DNA from: Guillardia theta CCMP2712
Taxonomy: Eukaryota; Protista; Cryptophyta
Assembly (NCBI RefSeq): GCF_000315625.1
Contig: NW_005434661.1
Coordinates: 601,548-665,547, forward strand
Reading direction: 5' to 3'
DNA: 64,000 nt
Position 1 is the stretch's first letter, and the number at the start of each line of letters is the position of its first letter. Of the stretch, positions 54,742-64,000 are shown in pieces. The position numbers and the translations under genes were made by a program. The notes under the pieces are model-generated. The model did not search any database. It was not told where the DNA came from and saw nothing but the letters and a program-made list of their open reading frames with translations.

Positions 54742-57700
54742 GGAAGAGGGAGGAGGAGGAGAAGGTGGAGGATGAGGAGGATAAGGAAGAAGATGGGTGT
54801 TTTCTTTGATTACTTCTTCTCTCGTGAAGAGGAACTTCGACAGGGACTGCAGGTAACAGTGAGTGGCAAGGCAGGTCGAGGAGGCTCATAACCTTCCAGT
54901 GCTGCAGCGCTGCCACTCTCCTCCTCTCCTCCTTGACCTTGTTCTCGTTCGCCTGCGAGCGCCGCCCTCCTCCTCAGTGCTCGTTCCCCCCTCACTCCTG
55001 CTCCTGCTTTCCCTCTCCCTCGTTCTCCCCTCACTCCTGCTCCTGCTTCCCCTCTCCCTCGTTCTCCCCTCACTCCTGCTCCTGCTTCCCCTCTCCCTCG
55101 TTCCCCCCTCACTCCTGCTCCTGCTTCCACTCTCCCTAGTTCCCCTCGGTGCTCCTCATCTCCTTTTCCTCCCCCTCCTCCCCTTCCTCCTCCTCGCCCT
55201 CTGTACTCCTCTCCCTCCCCCTCCCTTCCCCTCCACACCTTTGCTACCCTGAGCTCTAACAAGTCCCCCACGTTCTCTCTCTCCTCCCTCCCTTACCTGC
55301 TGCTGCTCCGCCGCGCTGATCAGAAGTTCCTCATGCTCTTTGCAGACGATCACTCCATCGAAGACAGGATATGAAGTCCCAGCTCGCGTCTGCCTCCTCC
55401 TCAGCCGCTGAAACCCACACGCTGCCTCACCTCGAAGCCCACGAGAGCTTTTGCGTGATCGATTCCCAGCTGACGGACGAGCTGGACGATTCCTGTGTAC
55501 CTTTCAGTCTCTCCGTCCTCCACTTCCACCTCCCCATCTTTTCCCCTGCTCCCCTCGTCTCCTCTCGTGCATCCTTCTCCATCATCCTCGTCCTCTCCGT
55601 CTCTTCCTCTCTATCCGTCTCGAGCCCCTTCCACGAACTTGGCTATCACCTGGCGAGTTGATGTGGACGGAGCCCTGACAGAACGAGAACAAATGGAGAG
55701 CGTCAAGATAAGGAGGGAGGAGGAGGAGGAGGAGGAGGAGGAGGAGGAGGAGGAGGAGGAGGAGGAGTAGGAGGAGGAGGGCAGAAATCGTACAGCAGGC
55801 AGGTGATGTTCAGTCCACAGCTCCCAGTTCCCGTGCTCGTTCTTTGGAATCCTCCCTTCTGTAACAGGAGGGGGGTGGTAGATATCCGTCTGCAGGGGGA
55901 AGGGGGGGTCACAGGAGCCCCCGCATCCTCTCCTCAGCATCCCTCTCACCTGCCACTGCCCGTACAGAGCGATAGTTTTCTTCTCCTCGGCTCCTCCCTC
56001 CTCCCCCTCCTCCCCTTCCAGCTTCTCCTCCGATCCGCTCTCCTCCGCTGCCTTCTTGCTGCCCTTGGAGGCCCTCTTCTTCCTTCGGCTCCTCGTTCAG
56101 AGCAGAGCAGGGTTCTCTGTCGGACTTACCTCTCAGCTCGCTGGATGGTCTTGGCAGGAAAGTCCATCTCCATCGCCCTGGCAGGAGCAACCACTCAGAA
56201 TCTCACTTCTACTTGTCGTCAGCCTGCTCCTCCTGGTCCGACCCCTCCTTGCCCCCCCCCTCCCCCTCCCCCGACTCTCCTCCATCCCGTCTTTGACCAT
56301 CCGTCGCACCCATCAACCCTCCGGCTTCTCCGCTTCACCCTCCTTCCGCTCCCCGTTCCTGCTCTCCTTTCTGCTTCCTCTCCGCGTTTCTTCCTTTCTC
56401 TCCTCCTTCCTTTCCCTCCTTCCATCTTTGTTCTTCTCCAGTCAGCCACAAGTCAAGTCACCTTACAACTCTTGGAGGTATGCTCCGGAACCAGTTTTCT
56501 TTCCTCATGAGCTGCACACTCGTCACGACCTCCTCCTCCTCCTTATCTGCTGCCGCCTCTTTCTCCTCCTCCTCGACCCCATCACCTCAACCCCTCCTTC
56601 TCACCTTTTGTATACAATCTCGTCTGTACACTGCATGACCCTGTCCACATCGTCATACCTTCCCCTCCCCTCCTCCTCCTCCTCGTACCTGTACAAGACC
56701 AACTACGGGCTTTCGAGGATAGATGCATTCGTACTTTCCTATCCAGGATTGGTAAGAGAAGGTTCAACCTGATTGCTTCTTCGCCCCCGCCGCCACCTCT
56801 GACCCAACATGCCTTTCCTCCTCCTCCTCCTCCTCCTCCTCCCTCTTCCTCTCTCTTCCCCTCCCATCAAAACTCACCGAGGTGCTTCTCAATGCAGTAG
56901 GCAGGATGATTCTTGTAGGCGACGAGGCTGAACATTCCTCAGCACGCTCCTCCTCCTCCTCCTCCTTCCCCTTCATCTCCCTCTTTCTCCCCCCTCCCCC
57001 CAGGCGACCACCTCCTCTCCTCCTCCTCCTCCTCCCACTAACTTCTCTCCTCCCCCTAACTTCACTCCTTCCCCTAGACGGACCTGCGCGGCAGCGGCTC
57101 CTGCAGATGAGCCTCGTGCATCTCCTTTGCCTCGTCCTTCACCTGCCATGGTTGAGGAAGACAATGGAAGAGAACGCACAGAAGGGAGGAAGAGGAGGAG
57201 AGAGGAAGAGGAGGAGAGAGGAAGAGGAGGAGAGAGGAGAAGACAGGGAGAGAGAGGAAGGGGAGAACAGGGTCATGGTGGAGAGAGTTTCCACAGCAGC
57301 CGACATCCGTCGTTAAGGGTAGGAAGCAAAGGGAGGCAGGTGGGAGCATCGAGCACGGCAGTTTGAGATTTCACTCTTGTATGAGGGAGGGAGCATGCGA
57401 GGGAGGGAGGGCAGGAGGTAACCTGCTGGTTTTCCCTCTCCGCAAGGTACTCATGACCCTTCACCTGCTCTCGCTGTCAAGTCGCTTGTGAGGCACTTCC
57501 CTTGTAGCTCTCACCATAACTGTCAACTTCTTCAACGTCGTGTCCCACCTGCCATAGGGGGAGGGGGAGGTGTCAGAGACGATCCCAACAGGCAAAGAGG
57601 GGATGAGCGTGAGGAGGAGACCGGGAGCCATTGTGAAGGGATGTAGGAGAGAGAGCAGGTGGGAGGGAGGAGGGAGGAGGGAGGAGGGAGGAGGGAGGAG

Positions 57701-60700
57701 GGAGGAGGGAGGAGGGAGGAGGGAGGAGGAACGAGGGAGGAGGAACGAGGGAGATTGTAGGAGGTTCTTCATACCAGTCTGAGAGACTTCGGGTTTGAGT
57801 GACAGCGTGCCAATCTGTTCACATCCTCGTCATCCTCTACCTCAGCTCATCGTCCTCGTCCTCACCCTCAACATATCTTCTCGTCACGTCGTCCACGGCT
57901 CTATCATACATCCCAACGACGTAGGAATAGGATTGCCCAGCCTGCAATAACTGTCAGTGTTATAACTCATGCTCTACTCCCAGCCTTTCCCCTCCTCTTC
58001 TCCCGTCCCCTCCCCTGCTCTCTCCTCTTCCCCCCCTCCGCCGCTCTCTTTTCTCACCCTCCACCCTCCGCCCTGCTCCCTGCTCCCTGCTCCCTGCTCC
58101 CTGCTCGCCCTGCTCCCTGCTCCCTGCTCCCTGCTCTGCACATTTACCTTACTGTACATGAGAGGGTCATCGACCCTCGCATTAATCACGTCAACGTGCG
58201 TCCACTGCCATTTCATTGTCCCTGCAGCATCAAAACCATCAAACCCTCAATCTCCCGACACTTTCTCTTTCTCTCCTCCCCTCTCCTCCTCCTCCTCCCC
58301 TCTGCTCTCCTCCTCCTCCCCTCTGCCCTCCTCCTCTGTCCGCTGCTCGTTCCTCCTCTGCCTCTCTCCCCCTCTCCCTTCCAACTCGGACCTCCTTTAT
58401 CTCACCTTCCTCATTCTTCAACAGCAAGACCTCAATCCAGTACTCGGACATAACCTGCACAAGTTCGCCAATCATATTATCAAACATCTCGTTGCCACAG
58501 ACTTACTATATCCTCCTCCTCCTCGCCTGCCGTCTCCTCCTTCTTCCTCCACCTCATCATCTTCCATGGCGTCTTTGACTCTTTCTGTCCTGTCGGCTGC
58601 TCCTCTGGATTTCTTGCTGCCTCTGCAACCTACCCCACATCTCAGAGAAGACGGAAGGAAGAAGTGAGTGAGGGAGTGAGTGCGTGAGTGAGGGAGTGAG
58701 GGAGGGAGGGAGGGAGTGAGGGAGTGAGTGAGTGAGGGAGTGAGGGAGTGAGTGAGTGAGTGAGTGAGGGAGTGAGTGAGTGAGTGAGTGAGTGAGTGAG
58801 TGAGTGAGTGAGTGAGTGAGTGAGTGAGTGAGTGAGTGAGTGAGTGAGTGAGTGAGGGAGTGAGTGAGTGAGTGAGTGAGGGAGTGAGGGAGGGGAGAGG
58901 AGGAAGGAAAAGAAGGAGGGGGGGAGAGGGGAAGGAAAAGAGGAGAGAAGAGAAGATAGGAGGGAGATCTAGGAGTTTCAACCATTCTCTGTGCCTCTGC
59001 TAGCAGCGTCCCATCCTCAGCTTCAGGGTACTTCACTTCACCTGCCTCACTCTCAACCCTCCCGCCCGCTGCCGTCACGTCATACCCGACTCTCGCCTTG
59101 CGACCTTCTTTGCAATCTTCTTTCCAGGCTGAGCTGCTCCCGGACTCTCCCTCCTCTCTTGTTTCCCTCGTGCTCCCTTCGGCATCTTGTTGGCTGCTCC
59201 CTCTGTCGACCTGGCTGGCGTCTTCTGACTCCCTCCCCTGGTCGCTCCTGCCCGCGTCTCCTCCATCTCCTTGTTCGCTTTCCTCTTCTCAACGGCTCCA
59301 GCTCGCTCCTCTCCTCTCTGGTTCGCCTGCGCAGGCCACCAGTTCATGGCATGCTGCACAGACACACAAGGTCAGCCTCACACCTTGACGTTTATCTTCT
59401 TCTGCCGCATTGGGAATCTTTGGAGCTTCACCCTCCCGTCGGCAAACTCCATCTGAGAGGAGCAGGCAGCTGGTTACTGGCACTGCCATCGCATCATTGC
59501 CAGCTGACTCACGACAGACTTGAGGCGGAAAGTCTCGCAAACAAGAGGAGCGACCAACCTCGCCTGCAGCTCCAGCCCTGCAGGGTAGTAAAGTTCAGGA
59601 GGAGCAGGGGGGAGGAAGAGGAGGAAGAGGATGAGGTGCAGGAGGAGGAGGAGGAGGAGGTTGGTGGCGGTGGCGGTGGTTGAGGAGGAGGAGGAGGAGG
59701 TGGTGGTGGTGGTGGTGATGGAGGAGCAGGAGCAGGAGGGAGAAGGTGGTGGTGGTGGTGGAGGAGGAGGAGGCGGAGGACGACGATGATGGGGCCTGGA
59801 GGGATTTGTGGGGGAAAGGAGTGGGGAATCACCGCGAACAATAGCAAGTAGCGCCAGGGTCTTCTGCAGCATGCTTCCTTTCTTCTTCCCCATCGCCCTG
59901 TGCTCATCATCACATGAGATACAGAACAGCGCGAGGAGCAAACCGCGACAGGCTCTTGATACTCTCCGCACGCTCCTCCTCCTCCTCTAACACCACCTCC
60001 TCTCCTGGCGGGTTCATCTGCGAATGGATCACCTCATCCTGCCCTGCTGCCACAAAGTCTCCGGGTGCAGAACCTTGAAGGTTGAGTTGTGCCACCCCAC
60101 CAACGTCTTCAGGTGAGAGACCTGCAGTCCAGGCATCAGTTTAGACACGTACCCACCAAGCTGCTCCCACCGTCCACAGCGTGTTCTCGGCGGGAAGCTT
60201 CAGCTGCAAGTGAAATCTCACAGGAGCGAACGGGGAAGCTCTCCCTCCCCTTACATCATCCAGCGGAACTCCTACTGCTCCTTTCCTCTTCAGCCGTTCG
60301 GCATCGCAGAGGCTGCCCACAAGGATCAGCTGCCTCTATCACAAACAAAGATTTCCTGCCTGCTGAATCGGATCCCCCGCGACAGCAGGCAGAGCAGGTT
60401 GACTCGATGGACGTGCAGGGCAAGGAGTCTTTCAGACTTGTTCGGTTTGCGAACGATGGTCGACGACTTGTCGCTCTCAGACAGGAGGGAAATGGTTTCC
60501 TCCTGCCCCTCCTCCTCGCCCACGTTCCTGTCCAGCACTTGGTCCCACTCCTCGTCATCCTGCTCGTCCTCTGCACTCTTCGGTAGGAAGCGGGCTCCTT
60601 GACCCTCGACCTTGCCGTCGATGCGCCTCTCCTGATCAGTCAACATCAAGGTTGGGAGGGGATGGGAAAACGTGACGGAAACCAGATCAGCAAGGGTCTG

Positions 60701-61250
60701 CCATTCGTCGTCGTCGTCTTCCTCTCCTTCTTCGGTCACCCTGCCCTCGGTTTTCACTGCCTGGACAACTATCAATCAATCATGGCAAGAATCTTGAGTA
60801 GGTTACCTCAAGCTCCATGCTCTCCATGTCTTCAACCTCCTCCATCTCCTCCATCTCATCACTTGATCCCATCTCTTCCCCACGACCTTCTTGGCGATCT
60901 AGCTTCGGCGACCCACGGTCATGGTCTCGACGCTTGCGCTTGCTCTTGCTCTTGCTCTTGCTCTTGCTCTTGCTCTTGCTCTTGCTCTTGCTCTTGCTCT
61001 TGCTCTTGCTCTTGCTCTTGCTCTTGCTCTTGCTCCGCTCCCTATTCTTCGCTCCTCGATTCGGCGATCGGCATTGCGGCTTTACTTGTATGAAGCCCTT
61101 GAGACAGTTAATTTCATCCCCCTCATTTTCTTCAATCATCCCCCTCATTCCCCACCCAGTTTCCGAACAAACTTCAGCCATGGAAGCAATTCTGAGCTGT
61201 TGCATGCGGCGAGGCGAACGATGCGGGGTGTCGATGGCGGGATAGAGCAT
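54235..61250 (-). CDS. XPC: XPC/Rad4 nucleotide-excision-repair damage sensor (many exons; both ends approximate)
   Basis: HVHRVNLLCLL, EYWIEV, WTHVDVIN, SYVVG..DDVTRRYV, YKNHPAYCIEKHL, KYECIYP, IYHPPPVTEGRIPKNEHGN, VGFE and YPVFDGVIVCKEH (transglutaminase-like + BHD1-3). Confidence 0.88.
54655..54741. repeat. (GAT)n microsatellite, intronic in XPC
   Basis: Tandem gat. Confidence 0.95.
54978..55140. repeat. 39-bp minisatellite x ~4, probably intronic in XPC
   Basis: Unit ctcgttc(c/t)cccctcactcctgctcctgcttcccctctcc, repeated directly. Confidence 0.85.
58664..58890. repeat. (TGAG)n/(GGAG)n tetranucleotide repeat, intronic in XPC
   Basis: Tandem gtga/ggga. Confidence 0.95.
60938..61035 (-). 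repeat. (AGCAAG)n hexamer encoding an (SK)n tract in the XPC N-terminus
   Basis: Tandem ctcttg on + strand, in frame within ORF 60780..61250. Confidence 0.85.
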
Positions 61251-61545
61251 GGAGAAGAAGTGTCACGATGAAGAGAATCAAGGAGAGGTGAGAGAGTGAG
61301 GACATGACGGAGCTTCGCGGAGGAGGAGCTCTCTACAGCAAAAGCTTCTGAATCCTGTGGCTCATAGTCGCTCGTTCAAGGAGGTGTAGGAAGCAAGCGG
61401 CGTCAGGTGGATCCACCCACGCTGGACCAGCCGGTCAAGGGAATTTCTTACCTACGGACAAGGATCAAGGGGAGCAAAAGAACCGCGTGCTTCAACATGA
61501 AGATCCGCTGAAGGCTGATCGTACCGAATACCACCTCATTGGGCC

Positions 61546-64000
61546 ATGAGGCTTTTGGATCTAGACTCTGAGCTGATCCTCTCCTTTTGGCCCCCCAACA
61601 GGATCGTTGCGGGTCTGCTTGTGTCCAAGAAGATCCACAGAGCTCTCATCTCCTCTAGACATGTGGTGCTGCGGATGAGACGGGGGGTCGACATTCCCCC
61701 GTTCCCTGGGTCGTTCACGCAGTTCAAAGGCACTTGCGACATCGTAGCACCTCGATGTGCCTTCTGCTCGCCGGTCTCGGCGCTCTCAGATGCTGGCAGG
61801 GACGGATGGAACCTGGTGAAGTCGCTGGACCTGGAAGGAAACTACATCGGGACGACAGGTGTGAAGGACCTTTCTTGCCTGCTCTCTTCCTGCGTCTTTC
61901 TGGAGACTCTGAACCTCAACGAGAACGCCATCGGGTCAGGTGGCGCAAAGATCCTTGCTGAGATCCTGCCCAACTTGTCACGGCTGGTTGAGTTGCGCAT
62001 GCAGTCAAACTACATCCATGACGAGGGACTGATTGTCTTGACCAGCGCTCTTGACAGATGTAACAACCTGACGCTCTTGGATCTCGCCGACAACGACCTC
62101 GGACCTGTCGGCATGGAGTTTCTTTCGAGCAAGCTGGCGGAGAATTCTTCCCTGACCCATCTGGACCTGTCGAACAATGCGATAGGTGACGAGGGAGCTA
62201 CGAGGCTAGCGGCAAATCTCTTCGTGTCCACCAAGTTGAGCATCAAGGCTCTTTCTTTGCGCGGTAACGGTATCACGAGCGAAGGAGCCGCTAGGCTTGC
62301 CGCTGCCCTGCCACCTCTGGGCCAGCTGGACTTGGGCAAGAACTCGATAGGGGCAGAGGGGGCAGGGCTGATCGCCTCCTCCATTCGCATGTGGCCTGCG
62401 ATCTCCTCCCTCGACGTACGAGAGCTCATGTCAACACTCCTCGCGGCTCGTCACTGACTGCGATACGCTGTTGCAGTTGTCTGCCAACTTGCTCGGAGAA
62501 GAAGGTCTGAGCCTCATCGTCAGCGTGCTGCCCCAGTGCAGCCAGGTGCAGCGGGCAGCCGGTGGAAGAAAGGAGAATCCTGACAACTTTCTTGCCTCAG
62601 CTGCAGGAACTTGATCTAAGTTGTAACAGCTTTGGGGATCATACTGTACTTCTCCTTGTCTGCTGGAAGGGTGCTTACATTCTTGTAGGCAAGTTTGCTC
62701 GCATCGGTCATTCCGCACTGCGCCTGCCTATCTAAGGTCTCGCTCTCCAATACGTTGATTGGCTCGGAGGTGAGCGGGACGAGAGCATATCAGCATGCAG
62801 CGAGCATGATCATGTTGAACAGGGGACGGGATTCCTTGCTTCGTCTTTGCCGCACTATTCTGTCTTGAGGGAATTGCGATTGAACGACAACCAGGTCCAA
62901 CACTCCGCGGAGCAAGTGATTGGAGAGTTTGCTGAATACATTGCTGGCTCCAGATTGGATGTGAAGGAATCTACCTCCTCGCTTCCACGTTGCCACAGGT
63001 TCAAATCCTGACATGCTTGCACACGTAACTCATCTGGACTGTCAGTGCGGTCGGCTGGTATCGTTGGACCTTTCGAAGAATCAGGTCTGAGCCCCTTTTG
63101 ACCTTGGTACCTGCTGGCCTTGGCTCTGTTGACTTGCCATGGGAAGATCGGAGATGAAGGGATGGCGAGGCTTTCTTCCTCCCTGCCATGGTGCATCTCA
63201 CTAGAAACGGTGAGTGTCTTGAATGGCTGAACAATGAAGGGGGGAGATGGAGGGGGGCGGGGGGGGGGGGGGCCAAGAGGTGGAGGAGAAGGAGTAAAGA
63301 ACCCTCCGTGAGTCCTTCCTGCTGTTCAGATTGCGCTGGGTTGGAACGACATCAGCGATGAAGGCATTGGGTTCCTGTCTGCAGTCCTTGCCAGTTGTCT
63401 CAGGTAATCAAGTAGAGTCTCACTCTCTCCGCCTTCCCACGCAAGTTTCCACAGGCTGAAGAGCTTGTCACTGGAGTGCAATCACATAGAGGAGGAGGGA
63501 TGCAGCCTACTGGCTGTTTCATTGCCGTCCTGCTCCAACCTCAATGTAAGTTGACCCGGCTGTCAGGATCCGTCGGATCCGGAGCATGTTTCATCTACTT
63601 CACTTGAGGACCTTGAACCCGCCGACTCGATCTTACTCATGACTGACAGACTTTGAATCTCTCTTCGAACGATCTTGAAAGCAACGGCGTCATCGTGAGA
63701 AGTATCCCTTCCATGTCCCTGCTCGTTCACTGTCTCCTCAGGTTCTCGCCGACGTTCTCAGCAAGTGTGAGAGCCTTACCCACTTGAGCCTCTCCAACTG
63801 TAAAGTGCGTTCTGTGCATCTCTTTCTCCCCATCTTGACCTGACCGTCTCAGATCGGCTCCAAGGGAGCTACTGGACTCGCCCACACCCTCCCCCGGTAG
63901 CTTGCTGAGCAAGTCCGCACACTACGCTCACCCCCGTGGTCCAGCTGTAAAGTTTCGTTCCTCGACCTGCAAGAGAACAAGATCGGCGTCGCTGGTGCTG
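61546..64000 (+). CDS. RI-like (NLRC3/CARMIL-type) leucine-rich repeat protein, runs off the right edge
   Basis: LDLEGNYIGTTG, LNLNENAIGSGGA, LDLADNDLGPVG and LDLSNNAIGDEGA; many short downstream LRR exons. Confidence 0.85.

Noticed and set aside
59474-59971. ORF beginning MRRVSRACRGLLLALFCISC as a secreted protein
   Set aside because: This is internal XPC exon and intron sequence on the same strand, not an independent gene start.

Overview
This is gene-dense, intron-rich eukaryotic nuclear DNA. It is most consistent with a cryptophyte alga such as Guillardia theta, which is an inference from the short GT-AG introns, signal-peptide + F/W plastid leaders and the RWP-RK/LRR gene types. About 21 spliced protein-coding genes were assembled by eye, mostly in head-to-head or tail-to-tail pairs: adenylate kinase fused to a C2orf81/DUF4639-like region, a TPR protein, a RAD5/16-family SNF2 translocase, a RING coiled-coil protein, a degenerate shikimate kinase-dehydroquinase-shikimate dehydrogenase (partial AROM), a membrane trypsin-like protease, THUMPD1/TAN1, an EF-hand protein, a Frizzled-CRD-like/TPR/methyltransferase fusion, a cyclophilin, DUF179(AlgH)+SnoaL, EF-hand/LRR, RWP-RK, PHB2, PPT1, COMMD3, XPC/Rad4 and an LRR protein. 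One copia-type LTR family is present as a solo LTR (21949-22278) and as a 1.5-kb non-autonomous element (47492-49035), both with perfect 5-bp target-site duplications. The main highlights are: (1) a plastid-leader-bearing triple pseudoenzyme with the architecture of the fungal QutR/QA-1S repressors; (2) an LTR element whose terminal T and A are present only at the outer ends, suggesting non-templated addition of the integrase CA ends; (3) signal peptide + ubiquitin-like LRGG leaders, including on a DNA-repair ATPase; and (4) two distinct classes of intergenic sequence islands. Most entries in the ORF track are artefacts of simple repeats. Exon boundaries were read manually and gene ends are approximate where stated.
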